Below are positions 17,041-25,905 of a stretch of DNA of 43,387 bases, piece by piece (positions within the stretch are counted from its first letter, which is position 1; the number at the start of each line of letters is the position of its first letter). The translations under genes and the position numbers were made by a program. The DNA is taken from the IMG/VR virus record IMGVR_UViG_3300049139_000071, positions 1 to 43,387 of that record; one strand, written 5' to 3'. This DNA comes from a virus. Taxonomy: Duplodnaviria > Caudoviricetes. The notes below the pieces were generated by a model, which saw only the letters and a program-made list of their open reading frames with translations, was not told where the DNA came from and did not search any database.

Positions 17041-18225
17041 ATGGCAACTGTTCCGCAAATCGACTTCTCGCCTATCGGCTCGCTGGCGGACGTTTATCGC
17101 GGCGCGCAGCAAAGCGCGCGCAAGCGTCAGGCGCTGGAGCAATTCTCGCAGACGCAAGACCCGAACGTGCTGGCGGCCTCGGGCGATCCGACGCTTGCCA
17201 ACATGGCCATGCAGTATATGGCGCGGAAGCAGGCCGAGCAGCGGCAGGCGCAGATGGATGCGCGCCAGCTTGAGCGGGACAAGATTTCGGATTCGCGCTG
17301 GTCGCAGGAATTCGCACTGAAGAAGCAACAGGCCGCAGACGGCGGCGGCGTCTACGGTACGCCGATCTATGGCACCGACCCTACCACAGGCGAAACCGTT
17401 CTGGGCGCGATTGGCAAGGATGGACGGTTCCGTCGCATTGATACGGGCGGCGTAGTCCCGACGCCGGGCGGCATCAAGACACTCGATACCGGAACGGGCT
17501 ACGTGCCGTTCGACCCGCGCCGGGGTGCTGTTGTCGGGGGCGCAATCCCCAAAACCGGCGAAGTCTCGAAAGACTATGCGCCGGTGATCGGGCCGGGCGG
17601 GGCGGTCAGTGCGACGCCGATCCCCGGCACGCCTGCGGCGCAGAAGATTGAGGAAGATCAGGCGAAGGCGGTGTCGCGGGCTGAACAGACGGTCGCCGGG
17701 AGTGGCGCGGTCAAAGACATCATCACTGATGTCCGCACCAAGGTATCTAGCGCGCCGTGGTACAACCCTGCTGTCGGGTTCGGCGCAGAGACTGCTTCGA
17801 ATATTGCGGAAACGAACGCCGCAGATACAGCCGAATTGATCAAGACGGTTACGGCCAATATTGGTTTTGATCGCCTTCAGCGCATGCGCGAGGAATCGCC
17901 GACCGGCGGCGCGCTTGGTCAGGTCGCAGTGCAAGAATTGGAGTCGTTGCAGAAGACCATTGCCAGCTTGGCGCAACGTCAGAGCAAGGGGCAGTTTTTG
18001 CAGAACCTCAAGCGTGTTGAGGACCAGTACGACCGCATCATCAAGAAGGCGGCAGCCTATCCAAACGCTGCGAGGCATGGCTTTGGCAAGAGCACAGATA
18101 GGGACCTAGGGCCATCCGGGAACGACATTCTTGCCAAGGCAAAGGATGCCATCGCAAGGGGCGCGGACCCCGCGAAGGTCATGGAGCGCCTTCGTCAGAA
18201 CGGCATTGATCCGAGTGGCCTGTGA
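17041..18225 (+). CDS. DNA ejection / internal virion protein
   Basis: Gln/Ala-rich; NIGFDRLQRMREESPTGGALGQV; position in operon. Confidence 0.7.
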   Translation: MATVPQIDFSPIGSLADVYRGAQQSARKRQALEQFSQTQDPNVLAASGDPTLANMAMQYMARKQAEQRQAQMDARQLERDKISDSRWSQEFALKKQQAADGGGVYGTPIYGTDPTTGETVLGAIGKDGRFRRIDTGGVVPTPGGIKTLDTGTGYVPFDPRRGAVVGGAIPKTGEVSKDYAPVIGPGGAVSATPIPGTPAAQKIEEDQAKAVSRAEQTVAGSGAVKDIITDVRTKVSSAPWYNPAVGFGAETASNIAETNAADTAELIKTVTANIGFDRLQRMREESPTGGALGQVAVQELESLQKTIASLAQRQSKGQFLQNLKRVEDQYDRIIKKAAAYPNAARHGFGKSTDRDLGPSGNDILAKAKDAIARGADPAKVMERLRQNGIDPSGL

Positions 18226-19718
18226 TGTTTGACGATCTGATTCCGCAGAAGCAGGGCGGCGGGCTATCGTTTGACGATCTGGTGCCAGCACAGCCAGCAC
18301 AGCCGCCCGCCGCTCCCTTTGCCGAACGCTTCGGCTCTACGCAACTGGAGCCGCCATCCCAACAGAGCAGGGGCGCCGAAATCGCCCTAGGCTTCATGAA
18401 CCAGGGCTCGGCGGCCGGTCAGGGCACGACGCCGAACGTTCAGGCGCAAATGCCGAACCTGATTTCGGACGACACGCACGAAAGCGATGCGGGCGAATTG
18501 CTTTTTCGCGATCCGAAGTCAGGCCAGCTCGTACCGACCGATCAGAACAAGCACGTTGCCTTGCGCGATCCCACGGACAACCGCATCAAGGTGTTTGCGC
18601 GCACGGCCGAGACGGATGAGGGCAGGCTTTCGTCTGCCGGGCGTATCCTGTCCACTGGCATGGCGACGGGGGCGCCCGCGGCGCGTCCGTCCATTCCGGC
18701 ACCAACAGCCGCACAGGTGACGCCGAAGGCATCCGACATCTTCGCCACGGCCAAGCCACACTATCGGGCGTTCACGGCGGAAGCCGGCAGGGTCGAAGTT
18801 CCTGCCGAGACGGCAACCGGTATCGCAGAGCGCATGCGCGGCGCGCTTGGTAAGGCCAACTTCATTCCCGAACTGGCGCAACCCGTCTATTCCGCGATCG
18901 GCATTCTCGAAAAGGGCGGCATTCAATCGCTTGACGATCTGCAGAATATCAAGCGCGTCATCGGCAGATCGTTCAACTCGCCGGACAAGAACGTGCGGGA
19001 TGCGGCTGCGGTCGCAAGCCGGGAAATCGCCAAGGTCATTTCCGAGGTCTCGCCACCTGCTGCGAAGAACCTGCAGACGGCCGATGCGATCCATTCGACC
19101 GCGCGCAGCGTTCAGGATTTGCAGCGCAAGGCGGACGTTGCCGATCTTCGTGCCGGCCGGGCCGGCTATGGCGGCAACGCCGTCAACTCCATGCGGCAGG
19201 TTCTTTCGCCGATCGTGCAGCGGGCGGTTGAGGGAAAGACGACCGGATTCAAGCCGAACGAACTTGAGGCGATGCGCCAGATTGTCGAAGGGACGCCGAC
19301 AACGAACGCACTCCGTTTCGCGGGCCAAGCGTCGCCCTCCAAGGGCATCATTCAGACGGCTGCAGCAGGCGGTGCAGCGGCCTTTGCCGGCCCTGCGGCT
19401 CTCGCCATCCCCGCCATCGGCGCCGCATCCAACAAGCTCGCAACGGTCCTGACGGGCAAGCAAATCGACCGGCTCAAGGAGTTGGTTGCGAAGCGTTCGC
19501 CGGCTTATGCGGAGGCTGTGAAGAAGGCCGCTGACCGATACGAGAAGGCGCAGCTTGAATTGGTGAGCCGGCCGACGCCGGCAAAGCTTGCGGCCTACAC
19601 GTCGGCCTCCCGCGCACTGTCGGCGGGACTAGCCCGCGACGGAATATCGATTTCTTCGGGAGACCTGATGCGAGCGCTTCAGCTTGGCGCCCCAGGCAAG
19701 GCCGAGGATGAGCAGTAG
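18222..19718 (+). CDS. DNA ejection / internal virion protein
   Basis: Repeated FDDL(I/V)P N-terminus; Ala-rich helical body; position in operon. Confidence 0.7.
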   Translation: MMFDDLIPQKQGGGLSFDDLVPAQPAQPPAAPFAERFGSTQLEPPSQQSRGAEIALGFMNQGSAAGQGTTPNVQAQMPNLISDDTHESDAGELLFRDPKSGQLVPTDQNKHVALRDPTDNRIKVFARTAETDEGRLSSAGRILSTGMATGAPAARPSIPAPTAAQVTPKASDIFATAKPHYRAFTAEAGRVEVPAETATGIAERMRGALGKANFIPELAQPVYSAIGILEKGGIQSLDDLQNIKRVIGRSFNSPDKNVRDAAAVASREIAKVISEVSPPAAKNLQTADAIHSTARSVQDLQRKADVADLRAGRAGYGGNAVNSMRQVLSPIVQRAVEGKTTGFKPNELEAMRQIVEGTPTTNALRFAGQASPSKGIIQTAAAGGAAAFAGPAALAIPAIGAASNKLATVLTGKQIDRLKELVAKRSPAYAEAVKKAADRYEKAQLELVSRPTPAKLAAYTSASRALSAGLARDGISISSGDLMRALQLGAPGKAEDEQ

Positions 19719-19772
19719 CGCGTTGTAGGGAAACCACGCGCAAAGCCACACCACCACGCAATACACCAGCAA
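19629..19772 (-). CDS. Putative antisense membrane peptide (47 aa)
   Basis: GGAGG 6 nt before TTG; LVYCVVVWLCAWFPYNALLLILGLAWG followed by a basic tail. Confidence 0.35.
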   Translation of the reverse strand: MLVYCVVVWLCAWFPYNALLLILGLAWGAKLKRSHQVSRRNRYSVAG

Positions 19773-19773
19773 C

Positions 19774-19799
19774 AGCCGCCTCCGGGCGGCTATTTCTTT
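19774..19799 (+). terminator. Intrinsic terminator after the ejection genes
   Basis: AGCCGCC-TCCG-GGCGGCT then ATTTCTTT. Confidence 0.75.
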
Positions 19800-19812
19800 G
19801 AGGTAAGAGACC

Positions 19813-20943
19813 TTGGGCAAGCTGTGGGATAAGAGCGGCGCCATAGAGCTTGATAATAGCGGAATCCCCGCTGATGGCGCTATAGCAAATTTCTACGTCG
19901 GGAATACCACCACGCCGTTAGCCGTCTATTCCGACGCCTCGGAAAGCACGGTTTACCCTGCCGACGTGCCGGCGGATGGCAATGGCCGCTGGCCTTCGGT
20001 ATTCATTCCTTTCACAGAATCCTATGACGTGAAGGTCACGACCGAGGCGGGAACGCAGCTCTACTACTTCCGCGAAATCCCCAACCCTGATCCGGTCGAA
20101 GCTTCAGAGGATTCTGTAGACGCCGCTGACCTGATCCAGACGGGTGATATTATTTTCTCGCCCGTTGACGAGACCCGAACGGGCTTTGTCCGCTGCAATG
20201 GCCGCACGATCGGCAACGCATCCTCTGGCGCAACGGAGCGCGCCAACGCCGATACCGAGGACCTATTTACCTTCCTCTGGAACAAGATCGCTGATGCGCA
20301 GGCTGCGGTTTCGACGGGCCGGGGCGCTTCTGCGGCGGCTGACTTCGCAGCCAACAAGACAATCACCCTGCTCGACGGCAGGGCGAGCTTTCTGGGCGGT
20401 CTGGATACTATGGGCAACACGGCTGCAAGCCGGTTTCCCTCGTCCGTCCCGACGACATCAGGCGATGGCGAAACACCCGGATCGGTAATCGGCCTGAACA
20501 CGCACACGCTGCAAATTACCGAGTTGGCGGCGCACACCCATGGCGTTGGAACGTATGCCACGGCCTCGAACGGCGCGCATACCCATAGCGTATCGGGCAC
20601 GACGGGCGAGGCGGGCAACCACAATCACGGCGGCGCGACGGGTATCCAGAGCGCCAACCACTCGCATAGTTACACGCTGAGAAGCGGAACCACGGGTGCG
20701 TCGATTGGCGCGGATTTGAGCGCGTGGACTGGAACGACTACCGCCAGCACCACTAATGAGAGCGGAAACCACACGCACTCAATCGAAACGGCGGCCGATC
20801 ACTCGCACAGCTTCTCGGCCACGTCCTCTTCGAACGGCGCACACACCCACACCCTTTCCGGCTCGTCCGAATCGATTGGCGGCGACACGGCACATAACAA
20901 CGTTAGTCGCGCCTTGATCGGCAGCTTCTTCCAGCGGCTTTGA
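19813..20943 (+). CDS. Tail fibre / collar-domain protein with HxH repeats
   Basis: Podophage attachment N-terminus (FYVGNTTTPLAVYSD..ADGNGR); collar motif GFVRCNGRTIG; multiple HTH/HSH/HNH triads. Confidence 0.8.
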   Translation: MGKLWDKSGAIELDNSGIPADGAIANFYVGNTTTPLAVYSDASESTVYPADVPADGNGRWPSVFIPFTESYDVKVTTEAGTQLYYFREIPNPDPVEASEDSVDAADLIQTGDIIFSPVDETRTGFVRCNGRTIGNASSGATERANADTEDLFTFLWNKIADAQAAVSTGRGASAAADFAANKTITLLDGRASFLGGLDTMGNTAASRFPSSVPTTSGDGETPGSVIGLNTHTLQITELAAHTHGVGTYATASNGAHTHSVSGTTGEAGNHNHGGATGIQSANHSHSYTLRSGTTGASIGADLSAWTGTTTASTTNESGNHTHSIETAADHSHSFSATSSSNGAHTHTLSGSSESIGGDTAHNNVSRALIGSFFQRL

Positions 20944-20945
20944 CA

Positions 20946-21296
20946 ATGAAAACCCCCACGCTGCCGGCGATCTCCAATCAAGCCACCTGGAGCGATACCG
21001 TCGAACTGATCGACAAGGACACGGGCGATCCGATGGACCTTGGCGACGTGACGGAAATCACCCTGAAGCTGCGCGACAAGGATTCCGGCTCGACGGTCCT
21101 TTCCGGCTCACTGACCGGCGGGGAAATCGCGACCGTTGGCGACGATGCGGATGGAACGTTCCAGTTCACGTTCTCGGCTTCCACCATGTCTGCGATCTGC
21201 TCCTCGAAAACCTATGAGATCGGCATTCTGGTGACGACCGTAACGGAGACCGATCAAGTGGTGCTCGGCACCATTCCGGTTCTTGAGGGCCTGTAA
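20946..21296 (+). CDS. Small tail-associated beta-rich protein
   Basis: Acidic, beta-rich; coupled between two fibre genes. Confidence 0.6.
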   Translation: MKTPTLPAISNQATWSDTVELIDKDTGDPMDLGDVTEITLKLRDKDSGSTVLSGSLTGGEIATVGDDADGTFQFTFSASTMSAICSSKTYEIGILVTTVTETDQVVLGTIPVLEGL

Positions 21297-22915
21297 TGGC
21301 AATCAACGCTGTATTCAGCCGAACCGGCTCAGGCATCAAAGCCAAACTGGCGTCTCGCTTTCCGGCGCGGGTTGTCGCAGGGGCGGGCATCACGATTGCG
21401 CAGAGCGGCGGCGTCTATACGTTCTCATGGAATGTTTCGACCCTTACCGAGAAGCTGACAGTCTCCGAGGCTGAGCGGGCAACCACCTATCTCGGCATCT
21501 ATGATTCCGATCTGGCGTCGAGCCGCAAGATCACGGTTGATACGCTGCTCACGACTATTTCTGCCGGGCTGGACGCAACGCTTGTTTCGATTGCCGCGCT
21601 CACGCCGACGACCGATGAGGGGATTTACTTCTCGGGTACCGACACGGCGGCGGTCTACTCTCTCACGTCGAGCGGGCGGGCATTGGCCGGGCTGGTTGGC
21701 GCGACTGACAAGCTGCCGTATTTTACGGATGTTGGCATTGCCGCCCTCGCGGACTTCACGTCGTTCGCCCGGTCGATCGTGGACGATGCGGACGCTGGGG
21801 CAGTTCTGACGACGCTTGGCGTGTCGGCGTTCGTGCAGACGTTGTTGGACGATGCCGATGCTGCGGCGGTCCTCACGACCTTGGGCGTCTCCGCATTTGC
21901 GCAAACGATCCTGGATGACGCGGACGCGGCGGCTGTTCTGACAACGCTAGGCATCTCAGCCTTTGCGCAGACGCTGCTTAATGACGCTGATGCGGCGACG
22001 GCGCGGGCCACGCTTGAAGCGGCGGCCAGTGCGATCAGCCTCACGGCCGGCGCGGGCTTGACCGGAGGCGGCGACCTTTCAGCCAACCGCACGTTTACCG
22101 TAGGCGCAGGAACCGGCATCACGGTCAACGCCGATGACGTTGCTTTGGACACGACGCATGCGCGCAATGTCGATCATACAGCAGTCACGTTCACTGCTGG
22201 CGCGGGCCTGAGCGGCGGCGGGGATATCTCGGCGAGCCGATCCTTTGCAGTCGGTGCCGGAACGGGCATTACCGTCAATGCGGATGATGTGGCGCTCGCC
22301 AACATGGCCCAATCGACCATCAAGGGTCGTGCGGCGGGCGCCGGGACAGGTGCGCCAACCGACCTGACCGCCACCGAAGCGACGGCGATACTGGATGCGT
22401 TCGTTGGCGACAGCGGCGCGGGCGGGACGAAGGGTCTTGTCCCGGCTCCGGCGACCGGCGACGCCTCAAGGTTTCTACGTGGCGATGGGACGTTTGCCGC
22501 CATCCCCGGCGGCGGCGACTTGTTGGCCGCCAATAACCTGTCAGACGTGGCGGACGCGGCGACGGCGTTTGCGAACATCAAGCAGGCGGCGACCACAAGC
22601 ACAACCGGCGTTGTGCTAAGTCAGAGCGCCGCGAAATGGTGGGTGTTTTTGTCGGAGTCGGGCGGCACGTATACGGTCCAAGCATCGTTCAACCATACAT
22701 CGTTCACGGACAATGGGGTGGGCGATCTAACGTTCACGATTGCGACCGATTTCTCAAGCGCGAATTGGGTGTTCGGCGGGTCAGGCAGCGTGAATACTAC
22801 AGCATGCCAGACGCTAAATAAATTCGCCGGAAGCGTTCAGGTTAACATGCGAGTGACGCTCACTGGAGCGACGGTCGATGGGCTGTTGAACGTGGTGGGC
22901 TACGGGGATCAATAA
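21296..22915 (+). CDS. Tail fibre protein with internal repeats
   Basis: 4x 22-aa F.QTLLDDADAAAVLTTLG.SA; 2x AGAGL.GGGD.SA.R..VGAGTGITVNADDVAL; GTKGLVPAP and ANNLSDVAD fibre motifs. Confidence 0.82.
   Translation: MAINAVFSRTGSGIKAKLASRFPARVVAGAGITIAQSGGVYTFSWNVSTLTEKLTVSEAERATTYLGIYDSDLASSRKITVDTLLTTISAGLDATLVSIAALTPTTDEGIYFSGTDTAAVYSLTSSGRALAGLVGATDKLPYFTDVGIAALADFTSFARSIVDDADAGAVLTTLGVSAFVQTLLDDADAAAVLTTLGVSAFAQTILDDADAAAVLTTLGISAFAQTLLNDADAATARATLEAAASAISLTAGAGLTGGGDLSANRTFTVGAGTGITVNADDVALDTTHARNVDHTAVTFTAGAGLSGGGDISASRSFAVGAGTGITVNADDVALANMAQSTIKGRAAGAGTGAPTDLTATEATAILDAFVGDSGAGGTKGLVPAPATGDASRFLRGDGTFAAIPGGGDLLAANNLSDVADAATAFANIKQAATTSTTGVVLSQSAAKWWVFLSESGGTYTVQASFNHTSFTDNGVGDLTFTIATDFSSANWVFGGSGSVNTTACQTLNKFAGSVQVNMRVTLTGATVDGLLNVVGYGDQ
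21764..22027 (+). repeat. Four in-frame 66-bp tandem repeats
   Basis: Protein repeat with many synonymous differences between copies. Confidence 0.85.
22043..22297 (+). repeat. Two in-frame ~105-bp repeats at 150-bp period
   Basis: Copies start at 22043 and 22193. Confidence 0.85.
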
Positions 22916-22916
22916 T

Positions 22917-23369
22917 ATGGTCATCATGATTGCGCGGACTGACGGCGGCGTGTCGGTTATGCAGGTTGTCGAGGGCGCGGACCCAGACGAATGCTTGAAC
23001 AAGTGGAAAGCGTCTCACGCAGGCGAGTATGTCTCGCATCGGGTCGGATCGCTCGATGAATTGCCGAATGAGCGCACGTTCCGCAACGCGTGGAAGGCTG
23101 ATGCTGCCCGTGTTGACGTGGACATGCCGAAGGCGCGAAACATCTGGCGCGACAAAATGCGCGGGGTGAGAGCAGGCAAGCTTGGTGCGCTCGATATTGA
23201 ATATCAACGCGCGGATGAAGTTGCCGACAACGCTCGCAAGCGGGAAATTGCGCTGAAGAAGCAAGCATTGCGCGACGTGACGGCATTGCCGGAAATCGAA
23301 GCGGCCAAGACCCCGGAAGAGCTAAAGGCCGTATGGCCTGACATTCTTGCGGATCAAGACGCCGAATAG
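22917..23369 (+). CDS. Tail fibre assembly/chaperone-like protein
   Basis: Follows the fibre gene; RTFRNAW..VDMPKAR..KQALRDVT..ELKAVWP. Confidence 0.7.
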   Translation: MVIMIARTDGGVSVMQVVEGADPDECLNKWKASHAGEYVSHRVGSLDELPNERTFRNAWKADAARVDVDMPKARNIWRDKMRGVRAGKLGALDIEYQRADEVADNARKREIALKKQALRDVTALPEIEAAKTPEELKAVWPDILADQDAE

Positions 23370-23452
23370 AGCAGGATGTAGAGCGTCACGACCGTCATGA
23401 CTGCTGCGGTGATGTAAGCACCGATCTGTTTCTGGCGTTCAGTGAACATCAT
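23354..23452 (-). CDS. Putative 32-aa membrane peptide
   Basis: AGGA upstream; MMFTERQKQIGAYITAAVMTVVTLYILLYSAS. Confidence 0.45.
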   Translation of the reverse strand: MMFTERQKQIGAYITAAVMTVVTLYILLYSAS

Positions 23453-23460
23453 TTCATTTC

Positions 23461-23550
23461 CTAGTCCGCAATGACGAGAACCGCGCAGGCCACCGCCACA
23501 AGCGCGGCCATCGCATACACGGTTCGCCTGCCGACGTAATCGAGTCTCAT
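23461..23550 (-). CDS. Putative 29-aa membrane peptide
   Basis: MRLDYVGRRTVYAMAALVAVACAVLVIAD; tandem with the previous peptide. Confidence 0.45.
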   Translation of the reverse strand: MRLDYVGRRTVYAMAALVAVACAVLVIAD

Positions 23551-23567
23551 ACCCGTTTCTACCACCC

Positions 23568-23592
23568 AGCCGCCCCCAGAGGGCGGTTTTTT
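23568..23592 (+). terminator. Intrinsic terminator
   Basis: AGCCGCCC-CCAGA-GGGCGGTT then TTTT. Confidence 0.8.
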
Positions 23593-23619
23593 CATGCCCC
23601 AACCACGGGAGAATCGCCA

Positions 23620-23784
23620 ATGCAAGCCATCGGCAACGTCATCAGCAAGGCTATCGAATACGGCTATGTGGCGTGGACCTACGTCAAGGGGCCGTTTGCC
23701 TATGTGGTGAACTTCACCCGTAACCACCCCAAAACGACGCTTGTGATCTTCCTCGCCTCGCATGTGGTCCGGGGCTGGCTGTGA
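23620..23784 (+). CDS. Small hydrophobic protein (54 aa)
   Basis: GGGAG RBS; MQAIGNVISKAIEYGYVAW..HPKTTLVIFLASHVVRGWL. Confidence 0.6.
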   Translation: MQAIGNVISKAIEYGYVAWTYVKGPFAYVVNFTRNHPKTTLVIFLASHVVRGWL

Positions 23785-23827
23785 TCGAGCGCAAGACTGG
23801 CGCGGCAAATCAGTGTATAATTACCGA

Positions 23828-24484
23828 ATGAAACTGCGACGCAGCGCTGATTGGGTAGGGCAGAGCCAGGGTCGTCTTACGATCATCGCTACGCTCGGCA
23901 CTCGGAAGACGGGCAAGCATCGGGCCAACTACTATCGCTTTCGATGCGAGTGCGGCCGTGAGTTCGAAGCGCAGCGGGCCAACGTTTGGGGCCGGAGAAC
24001 CGATTGCGGATGCTCTGCTCCCAAGAGTGACCGAACGGCCCCGCTGGGCGCATCAGCGCATCCAGTACACAAGGTGTGGTGGCACATAATCGACAGGTGC
24101 GAGAATCCAGATAACAGCTCGTACCACAACTACGGTGCGCGCGGCATTTCTGTTTCTCCGCGCTGGAAATCTGGAGACGGTCGGCTGACCGGCTTTGAAT
24201 GCTTCTTGGCTGATATGGGCGACCGCCCGGAAGGCAATTACACGGTTGAGCGCGTGGACGGCACTCGCGGCTATGAGCCGGGCAACTGCATTTGGCTCCC
24301 GAAGGGCGATCAATCAAAGAACCGACGCGGCGTTCGTCTTGTCCGCATCGGCGATGACGTTCGCACCATCCCGGATTGGTGCAAGGAAACTGGCATCCCC
24401 TATTTCACTGCAATGCGCCGGATAGGGCGCGGCTGGCCTCCAGACAAGGCCGTCAACCATCCCATCAGACAGGGCCGCCTTTAG
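23828..24484 (+). CDS. HNH-type homing endonuclease
   Basis: RCECG..DCGC; RCENP..YHNYGARGISV; FLADMGDRP; ERVD..RGYEPGNC.W..Q..N; TATAAT 6 nt before the ATG. Confidence 0.85.
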   Translation: MKLRRSADWVGQSQGRLTIIATLGTRKTGKHRANYYRFRCECGREFEAQRANVWGRRTDCGCSAPKSDRTAPLGASAHPVHKVWWHIIDRCENPDNSSYHNYGARGISVSPRWKSGDGRLTGFECFLADMGDRPEGNYTVERVDGTRGYEPGNCIWLPKGDQSKNRRGVRLVRIGDDVRTIPDWCKETGIPYFTAMRRIGRGWPPDKAVNHPIRQGRL

Positions 24485-24500
24485 GGCGGCCTTTTTCTTT
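24473..24500 (+). terminator. Intrinsic terminator before the lysis genes
   Basis: GGCCGCC-TTTAG-GGCGGCC then TTTTT. Confidence 0.8.
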
Positions 24501-24512
24501 GGAGACATAACA

Positions 24513-25067
24513 ATGCGGATGAGCAAGCAGGGGCGAAAGCTCCTGATCCAGCGCGAAGGCGTGCGCCTAAAGGCTTACAAGGACTCTGTAGGTGTTTGGA
24601 CGATTGGAGTAGGGCACACGGCATCAGCCGGTGCGCCCGCCCCCATTCCTGGAATGACCATCACGGCCGCTGAGTGCGACGAGATACTAACGCGCGATCT
24701 GCGCCAGTATGAGCAGGCGATTGAGCGGGCGCTTAAGGTTCCAGTTGCTGATCACGAGTTCGATGCACTTGTCTCGATCTGCTTCAACGTCGGCCCGAAG
24801 TTCGGCTCGTCAACCTGCATCAAACGCCTAAATGCCGGGGACCGTAAGGGCGCGGCTGAGGCGATCATGATGTGGAGCAAGCCGCCGGAAATTATCGGTC
24901 GGCGGCGCACCGAGCAGCAGCAGTTCAAGACCCCATACAAGGGCGGCACCTCGCCGCCGCCTGCTCCGCCTCCGCCCGACCTCCCCAAACCCGGCCCGGT
25001 CGAGACGAAGCCCGCTAGCTGGCTCTCTGCCATTCTCTCCGCAATCCTCAAGGCGTTCAGGAAATGA
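24513..25067 (+). CDS. Endolysin (GH24 phage lysozyme) with Pro-rich linker and amphipathic C-terminal helix
   Basis: REG.RLKAYKDSVGVWTIGVGHT (E-D-T triad); FDALVS..FNVG; RRRTE. Confidence 0.93.
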   Translation: MRMSKQGRKLLIQREGVRLKAYKDSVGVWTIGVGHTASAGAPAPIPGMTITAAECDEILTRDLRQYEQAIERALKVPVADHEFDALVSICFNVGPKFGSSTCIKRLNAGDRKGAAEAIMMWSKPPEIIGRRRTEQQQFKTPYKGGTSPPPAPPPPDLPKPGPVETKPASWLSAILSAILKAFRK

Positions 25068-25276
25068 AGACGTTCTTCCGCTGGGTCTATGACTGGATCA
25101 CGGTCCTCACAGCGTCGCTGGTGGGCCTTCCGTCCGTCCTGCTCGACTTGCTGCACTTCGTCGGCGCGGTCGATCTGACGCCGTTTGTAGGCTCTGAGAC
25201 GGCCCTTAAGATCGTAACCGGCGTTGCGCTCGCCAAGGCTTTGCTGGCGTTCATGGAAAGCCGGAGGGCGAGCTGA
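25064..25276 (+). CDS. Small membrane protein, holin candidate
   Basis: Two hydrophobic segments; ATGA-coupled to the endolysin. Confidence 0.6.
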   Translation: MKTFFRWVYDWITVLTASLVGLPSVLLDLLHFVGAVDLTPFVGSETALKIVTGVALAKALLAFMESRRAS

Positions 25277-25644
25277 TGTTCGGGATCGGAACCATTATCA
25301 GCGCCGCCACGAGCATCGGCAGCGGGCTTATCACTGCCTACAACAAATCGAAAGACGTTTCGATTGCCGCCATTCAGTCTGCAACCGGCATTGCCTCCGC
25401 GCAGGTTCAGGCGATGTCGCTCTGGATCGGTCATCCGCTCTCGCCGCCATCGATCATGGCCTACGGAGTCGCCATCTGGTTCTTCAAGGCCGTGGCCTGC
25501 GACAAGGTGATCGGACCTGCACTCGGCTATCGGTGGACGACGGACCCCATCAGTGGCGAGACAGCGGTTATTGCCGGTCTCGTCGTGTCGGGGATGTTCT
25601 TCGCCGGCATCGTCAAGATCGCCAAACAGGGCGGTCAGTCATGA
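25276..25644 (+). CDS. Membrane protein, holin candidate
   Basis: Multiple hydrophobic segments within the lysis cassette. Confidence 0.6.
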   Translation: MFGIGTIISAATSIGSGLITAYNKSKDVSIAAIQSATGIASAQVQAMSLWIGHPLSPPSIMAYGVAIWFFKAVACDKVIGPALGYRWTTDPISGETAVIAGLVVSGMFFAGIVKIAKQGGQS

Positions 25645-25880
25645 CCCCCGACGACACCCCGCGCGAGCGACTGGCGCGGCTCGAAAACGAAATGAAGCAC
25701 GTCAACGCGAAGCTAGACGCCATTGGCGCAGACGTTGGCGAGATGAAAGATGCCTATGTGCAAAGCAAGGGCGCATTGAAGGTCACGCGCTGGGCGACCT
25801 ACGGCATTGCCGGCGCGATCGGCTACGTCTCGACCTACCTGCCGAAGCTGTCCGCCCTGATGGGCGCACTTCCTAAGTAA
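25641..25880 (+). CDS. Coiled-coil plus C-terminal TM protein (XhlA-like architecture)
   Basis: RERLARLENEMKHVNAKLDAI.. then a hydrophobic tail; ATGA coupling. Confidence 0.7.
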   Translation: MTPDDTPRERLARLENEMKHVNAKLDAIGADVGEMKDAYVQSKGALKVTRWATYGIAGAIGYVSTYLPKLSALMGALPK

Positions 25881-25905
25881 TCTTCCACCACCAAACGGGG
25901 CTATC

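Noticed and set aside
16333-18078. Long antisense ORFs (also 9288-10331, 11704-12888, 14294-15247, 18519-19463)
   Set aside because: Typical shadow frames of high-GC genes; no motifs, and they fully overlap confident structural genes
19813-23369. Diversity-generating retroelement or invertible fibre cassette
   Set aside because: No reverse transcriptase or invertase; repeats differ at synonymous sites rather than specifically at adenines
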